NCBI RefSeq assembly: GCF_009834535.1
Contig: NC_045697.1
Location: 19,656,001-19,720,000 of the forward strand
Source: Camelus ferus
Taxonomy: Eukaryota
Direction: 5' to 3'
Length of the DNA stretch: 64,000 nt
How positions within the stretch are numbered: the first letter of the stretch is position 1; every line of letters starts with the position of its first letter. The notes below the pieces were generated by a model. The model was not told the origin of the DNA, made no database searches, and saw nothing but the letters and a program-made list of their open reading frames with translations. The position numbers and the translations under genes are program-made. This document shows, in pieces, positions 41,105-54,029 of this stretch.

Positions 41105-41799
41105 CTAGGAAGGCAACATAGAAATGTAATCTCCTAACTGGCCTCATATTTGGCTGTGCTCTGCACAAATGCATCTGAAGACATTTATCTGACTCTAAAG
41201 CTGAGATCTTCATGAAAGCAGGTTAGCTCACCCAGATTCAAATAACTGGGTTTATATCCTGTGACCTCAGGGTGACTTTGGAGTATTAAACCAGACCTGG
41301 GGGTTAAAAGAGAAGTGGCCTTGAAATAGTTTAGATTTACGTTGAACGGCAAAGAGGTGAGCAGTGCAGAGGAAGAGAAATGGCTGTACAACACTTCCTG
41401 CTGTAAGAGATCCTACCTTGAACTTGCTGATTGAGAAGAAATAATACAGTGCCTTGCAAATAAACCATGCTGATGGATGTCTTCTGCTAGAACGGAGCTC
41501 ATTGTATTTACTCTCTTTCTGTTTGATGTCAGCATCTTAGCACTCAGCGTGAACTCTACTACAGCTAACTGTCGAAATAAGTTATTTCTAGTCGATAATG
41601 AATGCTTCCCTAACATGTTATTATTGAAAATAACAGGTTCCAAATGTGTGACCGTATGGTATACAATTCATTTTCTCCCTCTGAAAGAATTGGATTTTCT
41701 TGTCATTAGAACTGAATTGTGTGTCGACACTGCACTAAGTTGGAACATCCAGAATCCAGACCAAAGGCAGAAAGTTACGGTGAAAGATTATAATAGCAA

Positions 41800-42050
41800 T
41801 TGCAATTGAATAGTGGCTTACAGTCTGCAAAAAGCTTTCACAGTGTCTTGTCTACTCTCTTCGGAGTGTCTTGTCACTCTCTAAGGAAGACAACATATGT
41901 AGTTTTACTCCTATTTTAGTAAAAGGTGGATTTAAGCATGAGAAATTTGAGTGACTTGCCCAATATCATCACAGAACTAGTAATTGAGAGCACTGAGGCT
42001 CAAACCATGAATATCTGCTTCCAAATGTGATGTTCTGTCTTTCCTCCTCC
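41800..42050 (-). mobile_element. MIR SINE
   Basis: TGAGTGACTTGCCCAATATCATCACAGAACTAGTAA. Confidence 0.7.
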
Positions 42051-42474
42051 TAAAAGTAAATACCGGTATCTGAATGTACTTGGCTATTTTTAACAACAGA
42101 AACAGAAAAGCACAAAGGCCCATGATGTGCAAGTAAGTAAAAGCAGCGGAGAGAACGTTAGTTACTACAGCCTGGTTGTTACATTAGGTCCCACAGATAG
42201 TTACAGAGTAATGTAGACAGGGTTTAAACAAATTTAAAATGGGTTTAAACATGTTCAAAGTCACATTTCAAGGTATATATTTAAGAATCAAACACATTTT
42301 CACGATCTCTTTTTTCATCTTTCCCTATTTTCTTTTTTATCCTTAAATATCTTGTTAAATGATTATTAGAACTAAGCATGCTTAGTAGACTCTTACAGGC
42401 ATAGCACAATATGGATAAAACACACAGGTTTTACTGTTCAAGGAACACACATACATACAAAGAAATGTGTAATT

Positions 42475-42550
42475 CTTTCCTTTCTTCCTTCGTCCCTCCC
42501 TTCCTTTCTTCCTTCCTCCCCCGCCCCTTTCTGCCTCCTTTCTTTTCTGC
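42475..42550. repeat. (TTCC)n-like pyrimidine tract
   Basis: Directly visible. Confidence 0.85.
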
Positions 42551-43228
42551 CATCATGATTTATTGAGTATCTAGTATTAACCTCGATATGGTAAACAGCA
42601 GTCATTGTTTCTGACTCTTGGTTTCCTATTTGAGATTATTCCTCAATATCATCTAAGGAATTCTTTCCCCTGCTTTAGTTTAATAGGATATGGAAGAAAT
42701 TGTTTGTCCTGAAATGTCATTATGCCTGCAGTCCAGCTAGGAATGAGTGATAGCAGTAACCACCCATTCTTACATGCATCAGACTCGCCTCCTATAATAG
42801 CGTCTGTATTTGGCATAACGTTGGGTTTTAGTTAGACTCTGATGATCAAAATAGCATCACATGATGAGTAAAGTATGGCAATGAAAAATGACAGGACTGT
42901 TACACTGAATCTGCAGTTTCATCCCGCTAACTGGTTGCACTCAGTTGGAAATTATAGGTTCACTTTTGCAGAATGGATGCCCCTGGAAATAGAAGATGTT
43001 TATAAATAGAATACTCTTACTTCCAAAGTAAAGGAATTTACTCTTTAAGCAATGCTGTGCTCCCCTCAAAATCTAGAAAGAGTAGAACTACCCTTAATAA
43101 CTGATATTTTATAAAAATATTTCTTTTCAAGGCCTTAATACTTTATGGGAGAAAGTAAGTTACATGTATCCATTCTCATCTCATTTAATCTTCACCATAA
43201 GGCAGGAATCAGGTCTATTACCATTGCC

Positions 43229-43808
43229 ATGTATTCAGGGTACCCTTTGAGGATTTTGTCACCCCTCAGGAATTCCGCACCTTCTGGCTTTGACGAGTTC
43301 ATCACTAGCACTTAGTGTTAGATGGGATCATTATTCACTGATTTTCTCTTCTTGGTACGGAAACAGTGCATATATTCACTTTGCCATGGGACTCGAATCT
43401 ACCTCCCCATGGGGTAAGCTGAGTAAATCTTCCTGCCCCAGTAATAACTGGGTTTGGCCAGTGATTTGTTTTAGGCACTAAATTTTAGCAAATGTAATTC
43501 TAGTAGAAGTTTAAATACATTTTAACGTTTCAAGTTGGCCCCTTGTCCTTCTGGCATCCACCATGAGAAAAGCACATTCCTCATTGTTGATGGTCTCAGA
43601 ATGGAAAGACACTTGGGAAGACCTAAGTTAAATCTGTGCCCCACAGCAAAGCCCAGCTGGTGCCAGCTAAGCCCAGCAAAGCCAACATTTAACTTAAAGA
43701 TTTATGAGTGAGGAGGAAAAAAGACATTTACTCCTGTAAGGCATTAGGCCTGTAAGGCATTGTGGTATCTTGTTATGAGGCATTACTATAGCAAAGCTAA
43801 CTAATACA
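43229..43808 (+). mobile_element. Old MaLR solo LTR (MLT1G/H-like)
   Basis: TTAGCAAATGTAAT...AGAAGTTTAAA, CCAGCTAAGCCCAGC, 3' end GCATTACTATAGCAAAGCTAACTAATACA. Confidence 0.75.
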
Positions 43809-44274
43809 TTCTCTAAAGAGTTTTCTTCCATGTGCTATTGGAAATACCATTTTATTTTATTTTCCTAGGTCTTTCAATACCATTTAAAATTAAAACACCT
43901 CCACACACCATGTGTTTGTCACCAAGGACATTCTGCCCATCTTCTATTTATATGTCTCCCTGACAGGTATTTTCGGCCATTGTTGAACTGGTGAGGATTC
44001 AGAAGCCATATAATTTTTTTTAAAAATAGGCGTAACAATACATGTTTACTTTGAAGAGAGGATGAAGAGTGACTATGTCGAAGCTGGCTTTAGGAATTGT
44101 TGACAGATCACTGATGAATATTTGGGTAGAAGTGCTGGAATTGAAGATTTCTCTTATCTGTAGAAATATTTATAAAGAAATAAATCTCATGTTTTCTTTT
44201 TTCCCAATACCAGTAAAAAAAAAAAAAAGTTAGTCTAGCTTCTAAGAGTGTTCACCTCTTCGTTGCCCACTTAC

Positions 44275-44334
44275 CTTCAAATATATGACCCAGTGTTTTA
44301 TTCATTTTGCTTTCCAGTAAAACAGTTTCATGTT
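44275..44334 (-). other. Candidate exon, 60 nt
   Basis: Branch-like ctgac, then tattttattcag| acceptor; consensus donor AAG|gtaagt. Confidence 0.35.
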
Positions 44335-44867
44335 CTGAATAAAATATATTGAACGTCAGTTATTTCCCTGTAATGATCCTACATGTCTTGAAAATGCAAA
44401 GAATGTTTGGCTTTCTGTCTGAAGCAGAATGTCTGGCAGGCTGTTCTCTGGACACTGGAATTCTCTGCCTTTTTGTTGTTTCTGGCCTTCCTGTTGAATG
44501 TAGGGTGAGCACATTGACTTTTACAGAAAAATTAGTATTTATGTAATAATTTCTGGTGAGTTTTGTTTTCTTAGTTTCTGTCCCTTACGAAATGTTTTAA
44601 AATCACCTAAGTTAATAATGATCATTTAAAATTTTTTACTTTTTACAAGTTCCTTTGATTTCCAAGTAATGTAGTTAGTAAATTGGTTTTATTTCTTCTT
44701 TTTTACTAAAATGTGTAAATGATATTCAAACAGTTTTCAGTTGTTTATCTGAGAGAGAAAGTCAATAGAAATATTGATCTTCTTATATTGTATGACTGTA
44801 TGATTCTATGGTCAACACAATTTGCCTATTTAGTACATGAAGAAAAGTTCAAAGAAGTAAATCAGAT

Positions 44868-45462
44868 TGTTGTAGGAGAATAGGTTCTGCCTCACATAGG
44901 AAAGAATTCAAGAGCAAGGCATAGTAAATTGAAAGCAAGTTTATTTAGAGAGATATACACTCCATAGACAGAGTGTGGTCCATCTCACTCAGAAGGGAGA
45001 GTGGCTTAAGAGATAAACATCCATTGGCAGAAGGCGGGCCATCTCAAAAGGTGAGAGTGAGAGAGACCAAGAGGTGTGGGGTGTTTAGTTTAAAGTAAAA
45101 GTGGATACACACTCCATAGACAGAATGCAGGCCATCTCAGAAGGCAAGAGGGGGAGAGCGACCACCAGGTGCACAGTTGTTCATTTTTATGGACTCAGTA
45201 ATTTCATATGCTAACGAGTAGGAGGATTATTCCAACTACTTTGGGAAAGGGGCAGGGATTTCCAGGAATTGGGCCCCCACCCACTGTTTGACCTCTTATG
45301 GCCAGCCTAGGAACTAACATGGTGCCTGTGGGTGTGCCATGAGGCTCAGGGTCTACAGGAATACAAATCTTCTGCCGTCTTGGTTCCAACCAGTTTGTGC
45401 TATCCTCAAATGCTGTGTCATTCTTTCAATGCTTGTGCCCTGTCCCCTTCCCTCCTGTCTCA
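44868..45462 (-). mobile_element. MER41-like ERV1 solo LTR (595 bp), antisense
   Basis: Minus strand reads TGAGACAGGAGGGAAGGGG...GGAATAATCCTCCT...GTTAGCATATG...CTCTGTCTATGGAGT...AATAAACTTGCTTTCA...CAACA; TSD AGAT/ACAT (3/4); aligns end to end with 57029-57620. Confidence 0.9.
45260..45268. promoter_or_regulatory. GAS (STAT-binding) motif TTCCAGGAA within the MER41-like LTR
   Basis: Matches TTCNNNGAA at the position of the first of the tandem STAT1 sites recalled for MER41B; binding untested. Confidence 0.55.
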
Positions 45463-47080
45463 ACATTACTGTTTTATGTGTCTCTTCTTTTTTAAAATCT
45501 CTGAAAGTTTACAGACTTCTGAAGTAAGTTGCTTAGCACACATATAGTAAATGGGTATCATAAAGACATAATGTACTAAAATTGTGGACTTTCAACTCTA
45601 TATATTGTTGTAGGAAAACAAACAGTATTGGAGTTAAAAGCTGCTGGAGAGGTTTACCTTTATTTAAGTACAAATTCATAATACTAAATGGCCTCCTTTA
45701 GTTCCAAATGAAAACTTTCAGGGTCAACAGTGAACTCACTAGTCTTTGCTGCTGCTTCCTGAGAAACAGATCCACTTGAAAGATTTATCCAGCTAAAGCT
45801 CAATTATAGAGGAAGCTGTTTATGCATGATGATGATAACACAGGCATTAATACCAAATGGCTCTATTATGATTACAAATAGATTGATAATGAATAATTTG
45901 GAGAGGCATGATTTTAGTTGCAAATTATTTGCTTATGTTACTTTTCACAGGGCTTTTAAAGACTAGTGTCACATAGGGATAGTAATAAAATACTCACAAT
46001 CTAAGGATTTTAACTTCTCTATAGTTGTCAGTCATTTTCATTTCAAACGTATTTGTTGAGTGAATTGTAACAGAAAAGACATTTGCTTTTAATAAAACAT
46101 CTAGATTTTCTGCTTTACCATTGTTTTACATTTGTTTCAGAAGATAAAAATGATTATTTGAATTTGTAATTTTTTATTGATTATTACTGTTTTTTCCAAA
46201 CATATTACATCAGTTATGTTTACAAAATAGGTTATTCAAAACAAAAACAAAACTAGAGTCCTTTATGCAGCATTTTTTTGAGAATCATTTTTTAGGTTAG
46301 TTCATCATAACAATGCTTTTAGTTTTCCTCCTGAGTAGAGTAAGGATTTCTTATACCTTCTCTCTTTTAGCCTCATATGGTGGGTTTGGCACTCTGATAG
46401 CATTATTAATGTGTCAGTTACAAGTAGGTTGAAAATGCTTTTAGGACAAATGGCTTCCACAAAGCAAGTGGGAACCCTTATGATAATATTTCTTGAGGCA
46501 GACTTCATGGTAGTCCCTATTAAGGTGCTTTGGAAAATTCCATTATCTATGCCTAAGCAAACAGGCAAATCCTTTAGTACCCTCGGGGGTAATTCTACTT
46601 TAAATTGGCAAAAATCAAAAATATACAGTAAATTTCTTCCTTTTAGAGTTATATATGTGTATGTGACAATGTACATGTTTGTGTATGTGTAATATGTAAG
46701 GAAGAAGGTACCGCATATGTACCACTTTAAAATAATAATATAAACACTCACGCCAGTTTAATAAATGAGTGAGTACAAATATCACTGCAACCCTCTCTTA
46801 ATACCTTCATTCTATGGATTCCTATAGAACTCCTAGAACACAACAGGGGTAGCATTTGAACCCAGATTTTAAGGATCAAAGACTGCCACTGTAACCTTTC
46901 CAATTCTTGTAGCTTCTACTTAAAAGAAAAAAGAAAAGGAAAAGAGAGACATAGATATGTACAGAAAAGACAAGAGGCAGTTACACATTGGGTCAAAGAA
47001 GAAATCAGAGAAGAGAAATAAAGAAAGGATTGATAGTCACTTATCAAAGCATAAAGTAAAGAATATTTTTTAATCAGATC

Positions 47081-47110
<30 letters not shown>
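47081..47110. repeat. (TG)n(AG)n compound microsatellite
   Basis: Directly visible. Confidence 0.95.
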
Positions 47111-47111
<1 letters not shown>

Positions 47112-48139
47112 AATATTTGAGACATCCTTTTGTTCTAAATGTTAGAAATTTCGAGTTTGTTTCACTGTTACTTCCAAACCTTAGCTTATTAAGTTTTCCT
47201 TCTGTTGTGCGGTTGTCCTTTTTTTTAACCTTCCAAATGTATGCTAATCCATGAAAGGTGATAGTACTTTACCATAGCATATTCTTAACTTCCTGTACAT
47301 GCCTTTGTTTATTGTGTCATACCACCTTATTTATTCCTTTTATTGCACTAATGTGCTTTGATGATAAAAGCAAAGAAATACATGCAAAGATAATGAGCTT
47401 CTGGCAAAAGGTGAAAAATGCACGTTATATTCTTCTGCCTACGTGACATGGTGATTGACAGCATTGTACTAATTAGATCTTATTATATGATCAGACTCTA
47501 TTGTTTACATCAAAACAAGATTATATGAGACATCTAAAATTTGGCACATTTTTCCATTTATCCTGTGCTATAGGACATTTTTGCTTTAGAAATTCAGTTC
47601 CTAACATAGTCTGCAAGATGAGCAGTTTACTGATTTCAAGGAAGGCATCAGGTAACTACCTGTTAACTTAAAAGATGACCATTCACTTGGATATTTTCAA
47701 AGATATTTTCTTCCTATGCTACGGAACTTTTAGCTGCCAACATTTTATCAACATGTTTTCAATGGGAAACTTATTTCACACTTTCTCATAACAACACCTC
47801 AGTAGCCCACACATCTCCAATTTGATAGGTCAGAATGTGCTGCCTGTGTGCTGCTATGATAAGGGGAAAATTCCAAAATGCCACTTTGGACTTTTTCATT
47901 CTGTTGTACCAAAGACAGCATTTTTCCCTATCATCATTTATTTGTTATTATAAGTCGAATTGTAGAAGAAAGTTCAGCAAGGGGAGATTCATGTCAGTTA
48001 GAGATCCTCACAGCTATCTACCTTGGCCATAGAAGTGTTTAATTAACTAAATAATAAAAAGTAACATTATTAAATCCTACAGCAAAAGCCCTTTGGTTTT
48101 TAGAAAATATTGAAATTAAATTTAATGTGGTTCTTTGCT

Positions 48140-48330
48140 GCTGGGTTAGTGATAAGGAAGCTTGGGCTCTGGTCCAGGGTTCTGCTGCTCATTAGCTGTT
48201 TGATTTTCATCAAGTCATTTCACGTCCCTAAGCTTTATTTCCCTCTTGCAAAATAGCACTACTAACCCCTGCTTTAGGCAACTCTAGACTTGTATGACTC
48301 AAAGAGATGATATTTACTTGAAAGTTAGGT
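48140..48330 (+). mobile_element. MIR SINE
   Basis: GGGTTCTGCTGCTCATTAGCTGTTTGATTTTCATCAAGTCATTTCAC. Confidence 0.6.
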
Positions 48331-48639
48331 AGCATATATTGTTTTAACTTCACGACATCCAAAAAGCACGTAAGTTGTATGTTTTATCTCTTTTAATCCT
48401 TATACCAAAGCAGTAGCTGGAAAATGACAAAATTAGGATTCAAGTTTAATTGCCTATACTCTTTCCTGACTTTGTAGCATGAGTTAGAATTTAATGCCAA
48501 AAACTGAAACAAAGAAAGTGTCTCTAAGATTATCAAGGAGAAGAGAATGCTGGGAAAATGTCAACTGACTCTTCCTTTCTCAGCTCCAGTTCATCTGTCT
48601 CTTCTAAGGCAAAAGGGCTACACACACATCTAAGCCTCC

Positions 48640-48800
48640 ATGTATATGCATATATATATATATGTTATATGTTATATATATATATATATATGCATATATA
48701 TGTTATATATAGTTATATATGCACACATATGTTATGCTACATATATGCATATATAATAAATAATACACATACATATATGTTATTTGTGCATATTTATTAT
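48640..48800. repeat. Degenerate (TA)n / (TATG)n low-complexity tract
   Basis: Directly visible. Confidence 0.9.
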
Positions 48801-49369
48801 AAAACAAAAATCCAAGAGTTCATATTCATTCCTATAATTCCAACTCAAAGCCTCAGGTTTCTTTCTAATCTCTCTTTTCTCACTTCTGTAATACTTCTCT
48901 AACATTGGAAATCCTGGCTCACATTATAATCAATATTTTTGCTTATTATTTGTTTATTTTACTTATTTGTTCCATGTTCCTAATCTCCCAGTGAATCCAG
49001 CCACCTTATTCCATGACCTCTGCACTCATTCTAAGCTGCTGCCTAGGCTATCAGATGCCTCCCTCGTGAGCACTTCTCTGTATTTACCCACAACTTACCT
49101 CCAGTCACCAGCCACACTGACAGATCCTCATGGTCCACCTCCCACTGTCCCATTCCTTTGCTGCCAGGCACACTGTTGCCTCTTCACCATCCCATGTCCT
49201 TACCGCTCTGCTTTCTTGGTCACCAAGGACACTGATTTCTCAGGAGGGCATCCCCTTCCCCATGTTCTGCTTCCTCGCCTGCCTGCTACCCTGATCTCCT
49301 ACCTGCCACCCTGCTTTGTAGTCTCTGGCACACAGCTCCCTCCAGGAAGGGGAGGACAGCATAGGACTA

Positions 49370-49550
49370 GGACAAAGGAAAGGAAGAGAGAAGGGAGCAT
49401 GAAAGTAAGGAGAGAAGAACGAGAGAGGGAAGGAGAGGGAAGAGGGAAGGGAAAAGGATGGGGAGAGGAGAAGCAGGAAGAGGAGACTTCAAAAGGGGGC
49501 AAAACTGTAGGGAAGGGGAGGGAAGGGAGAAAAGAAGAAGGAAAGGAAGG
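49370..49550 (+). repeat. GA-rich polypurine low-complexity tract
   Basis: Directly visible; includes an unbroken purine run 49421-49458. Confidence 0.9.
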
Positions 49551-50555
49551 TAGTAGACTCTTCAAAAACAAGTAAACCAGAAGAGAAAATTGGAGATGAG
49601 GAACATAAACATTCAAGCAAAAGCTGTGCTGTAAATGTAGAAATACCTGTTTATTAATGTAAACTTTCCCATGCCTTCTCATCACACTTAGACTGTGAAC
49701 AAAAACCCTTATTTGGGCTTATGACAGTCTCCACAGAACTTATAAACTCTAATATTGCTTTAAAAATACTTAAAATAATACTTCAATAGCACTTTAAAAC
49801 TCTAATGTCATTTGATTCAACTTTTGAAGAAAAAAATACTTCCAATGATTACACTTGGAATTGGTTTAAATACACAGACCACTATGGGGAAAATGGGTAT
49901 TTTTCAAGTATTTAATTTTAAAACAGAGTAACTTGATCTTGAATACTTATTATAATTCAAGTTATTTAGTAACTAATTTTAGTAGTAGTATTTTCGATAC
50001 TTTTTATCTCACCTAATTGTACAAACATATCTTCATTACACTTTTTACAAATTGAAAGCAACGTGTTTTAAATTGCTTGTGTTTAATTTATATTTGTTAA
50101 AGACTGGTTGGATTCAACTAGCCTAAATTTTCATGTAAAATTATATAAACTAAAAAAAGGAAAACATAGTAAATTCTGGTTATATAGTATAACATATGCC
50201 ATAAAGCATAATATAGTAGAGTGTATTTTATAGTGTGTATGTTAAAATATCTTTTGCATGCTACCTGAGACTTTTTTATTTCAGAAGAGTAATTTAGAAT
50301 CATAAAAGGGACGGGAAGGACATTAAAGGCTTTCTATGACAATTATGTCGTAAATAAGGCCTAGAAAATTGTACTAGGGACTAAGGTGACCTAGAATACA
50401 AGTCTCCTGATTTGAATTTCGGCTCTTACTTCCTTGCAACAGCTCATTCTAACTTGTAGTGAGATCACTATTTGACCATTGGAAAATCTAAAGTGGAATT
50501 TATGTACATAACTTACATTTCTCTACAGACATAGAACCACCAGGGTCACCCTTAC

Positions 50556-50601
50556 CAGCACCAGCCATTCTGATGCATATGTATAACCATGGGCGCGAAA
50601 G
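50556..50601 (-). other. Candidate exon, 46 nt (alternative donor gives 85 nt, ending at 50517)
   Basis: Acceptor ctcttgttttacatttttttcag|; donors CTG|gtaagg and AAT|gtaagt. Confidence 0.35.
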
Positions 50602-50849
50602 CTGAAAAAAATGTAAAACAAGAGACACAAGCCGCCTGAGAGTCAGATGACTCACTGCCTGACTATAGAGTTTCCCCATCTACAGTCAACCCACGAGTAC
50701 CTATGATGTGCCTGATGTTTACCATTGTTTGTGCAGGTGCTGAGGAAGCAGGATGGGTACGACTTGTCTTCTCTCACTAGTATTTCAGTGTATCTCTAAA
50801 ACTACCAAAAGTAATAGAGAAGCAGTTGGTGTATGATTAGATGCTTGGA

Positions 50850-51320
50850 TTTTATTTCTAAAGACTTTACTTTCTTTTTTTGCTGCTGTCACCTCTGGCC
50901 AAATACTAATGGTAAAATCATTCAGATTCTCCAAGTCCCAGCTCTGTCATCTTCAAAATAAGATCAATAATATTCACACTGATGACTCACAGTATATTAA
51001 TGAGAATAAAATAAGCAATGTGTGTAATCATGAGAGAAAATTAAGATCATATTACAAGATGATTTCACATAGTTTCAGGTTTTAAATTTCATTTTCGGAG
51101 GGTAACAGTTTAGCTTACAGAGCACTTTGGATTTTGCAGACAACTTCAGCATAGCTCATCTCATTTAATATTCAAAAAAATTTTCTAATGAAATAGGTGT
51201 CATTTTTTCTAAAATGTTTTGTCTGGAACATCCAAAGATTAAATATGTAGTCAACAAGAGAAGTGATCAAGACCCAGGTTTTCTTGCTCCAAACCCACTG
51301 CTCTTTTATGCCGTTCTATT
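50850..51320. mobile_element. Two MIR fragments (plus ~50850-51050, minus ~51110-51320)
   Basis: CCCAGCTCTGTCATCTTCAAAATAAG; CTCATCTCATTTAATATTCA...AGACCCAGGTTTTCTTGCTCCAAACCC. Confidence 0.6.
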
Positions 51321-51819
51321 AAGAGAATCATTATTTATAGTGTAGATCTTAATACCATTAGAAATAAAAAGTCACTTAACCTAACAATAGTGATTTTCTT
51401 TATTCCTCCAGGGAAAACTGATTATTCTGTAAGTACACAATTATGTAATGTTAATAACCCCAAAGTACTTATAGCAATTTCTAAAATGGTTAATTCTTCG
51501 GCATTTTCACATCCTCAAATACAAAAATGTAATAGCTTAATAATTCAGAATAATCTATCCTACACTGCTCTATTTCTAATAACCCTCCGAAATTTGCTTT
51601 CTGTTTGCAAATTCATGTTCCAATTCATCTCTCCAAACTCCCTTCTGAAGCTTTGAGTTGGATGCTTATCTGTCTGATTCTGCAATGTTCCTTATTCTTT
51701 GAAGAGAGGAAGCATGTCTTATTAATGGAGTTGAGAGCAGTGAGTTCTCCCTGGTCTCTTATTTGTAAACACTCTTTAAGTTTTGCACCTAGGGTAGTGT
51801 TTGCACATAATGAAAAAAA

Positions 51820-52040
51820 GCTACCATCATTGAACAATCATATGTGTAAAGATGTATTTCATAAACGAACTCACTTAATCCTCATTAAAAACCCTGTGAG
51901 GGAGAGACTATTGTTATTATTCCCACTGTTTAGATAAGAACACTGAGGCTCAGAAAGTTTAAATAGTGTCCCCATGTTCAAACTGTTTGTAAGCTTACAA
52001 CAGTATTTTAACCCAGGCCGTCTAAATCCAAAACCTTTTC
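51820..52040 (-). mobile_element. MIR SINE
   Basis: CTCACTTAATCCTCA...TTAGATAAGAACACTGAGGCTCAGAAAGTTTAA...AACCCAGGCCGTCT. Confidence 0.9.
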
Positions 52041-52707
52041 TTTTAGTTGCTGTGTAACATTATTTCTTATAACAGGCAGTTATTACTTATTTTTCAGGGA
52101 GAAGAAATATTGTTTAAAATTAAAAGTGCTTGAACCAAAGCCATGCCTGATTGGTTGTTTTCTGCATTTGTTTGTTCTAAAAATTCAATTAAAGAAAAAA
52201 CTGAGAGCTAAAATTAATAGGAAATTTGGATACTTTGTATCAGATCCAACACATTGCACCTTATGAATTGATAAAGCACATTTCTAACCTAATGTGGTAA
52301 GAAAAGTGCCTGTATCACATTTTAAAGTCCTCCAGATCCTCCATAGATGCCGTTTATTACCTTAAGTAAAGAATACAACATCAGAGCCCACACCACATCT
52401 CCTGAAAGGAGATTGTTATCATTTGCATTTATTTTTGTTCTCTTTGTAAGGTGCTTATCCATCCTTCTGAGGACAGATGTGCAAAAAGGACTTTGAATAA
52501 CTGCCTTCAGTTATAATACTGTTCCCCTGAGCTTCCTTCAACACAGTTCACACCCTGGTCTCAGAATTCAGAAGTTTATGTCACTGCTGGTTGTGGGATT
52601 CTGACAGAGTGCTCAGGTACACCAATGGGTAGTGATGCCTGACCTGAGTGTTCCAACAGAAGAAGCAGAGAGTTGAAATCTGCCTGTTTCTGCATGGCAT
52701 GTCTCAC

Positions 52708-52853
52708 CTTGCATTTTGGGGGCCTCTGGTTTGCTCTGGGTTGTTCTTTCGACTCTCTTTTTCCTTCAGCACAGTTGGGGTTTAAGAATGAATCAGGGTC
52801 TTTCTCCTCCTCCAGGGTATGTACCCTTCCTCCAGAAATTCTGGTTAAGTCGG
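52708..52853 (-). other. Candidate internal exon, 146 nt
   Basis: Acceptor gtttccttctgtttcttccctcatgcccag| and donor AAG|gtgaga; non-repeat sequence. Confidence 0.35.
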
Positions 52854-54029
52854 CTGGGCATGAGGGAAGAAACAGAAGGAAACACCTGATGCACTCCCCC
52901 TTTGTATAGTCAAAAAGACTTGGCACTAGTGTCCAGCTGTCTGGCTCTCCTTTTCTTCTTTGTGCTTCTGGGAAGGTCAAGATTCAGAAAAATCATTGTT
53001 CAGTCCAAGCTCTAGTACTTGCTATTTTAACACCATGGGAAAATTACTTTTAAAAAGGTTTTATGAAATCCACATTCTTTGAAATTGCTGCAGGTAGCCA
53101 ACTGTTGGGAATGGTCTGTTCTTGACAGTGCACAGTTGATTATGATAACCTATGTTGACACCTTCCAAGTTTGTGATAGACAGAATCCTGTTGTTAATTT
53201 TCTTAGATTCACCCACCGATGACTCTACATAGCAAAACCACTCTTTGCATAAGAAAAATTACATACATATAAAATACACTGAAGTGAAGGAGCATGATGG
53301 AGTATAGGTTAAATCTCAACTTACTGGCCATGTAACTTTCAGGCAAATGATACCATATCCCTCCTCCGCTTTTTACGTAAATTAAATCACAGTTTTTGAG
53401 TTCTCTAGCAGTGCTCCTATTCTTTTTCTAAATCAGGAATTACTTACACTTGCACATTATTGGCAAATGGTGCAATCTGTGTCATGCCTGTAATTTATGA
53501 TGGTGCAATTGCATGAAATGTCTTTATGTGCTGATTTAACAATCATAATTTAAGTTTGGAGCTTGACTTTTAATGCTTTTCATTGTGGTTTCGTACAAAA
53601 AAATTTACCTCTACGTTGTTTAGCTTTTTCAATTAGTCAGTCCTGCCGTTTGCTCACATGTCACTCTCTCTGTCAGGATTGTTTCTATTATCAAGGAGAC
53701 TTTACGGGCGGCCCACAAATCATGATGTGGTTTGGCACAAACTCTTAGGTTAATGAGATAAATCTGATTTCCCTTGGTCTTCCTGTATCTAAACTGTCTT
53801 TTCTGAGAGTCATATTTGTGAAAATGATTTGGCTCAGAAAATCTGTTTAAAAACATGAAAGTAACATGTCCCTTAGGTGAGAATGATTAGGAATATGGGG
53901 ATCACACAGTTAAGTTTAATTGGATTAAGTGGAGCCAACTGACTTTCATAATTAATTTAGTCTCATGATTGGTCTTTCGGGGGACAATCCCAGATGAAAA
54001 AGATGATTGTGGTGAAAGAGCATGAAATA

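Noticed and set aside
41417..41486. Additional minus-strand exon-like segment (ttctag|...AAG|gtagga)
   Set aside because: Weak polypyrimidine tract and donor; its end phase is incompatible with the neighbouring candidate exon.
42835..42910. Box C/D snoRNA-like motifs (ATGATGA ... CTGA)
   Set aside because: No terminal stem or recognisable rRNA-complementary guide; such motifs are common by chance.
46305..46751. 148-aa minus and 93-aa plus ORFs
   Set aside because: Non-ATG starts, partly in (TA/TG) low complexity, no homology recognised, no convincing splice pair.
48967..49685. Longest ORFs (202 aa plus, 128 aa minus)
   Set aside because: Products of C/T-rich and G/A-rich low-complexity DNA that lacks stop codons; no recognisable domain.
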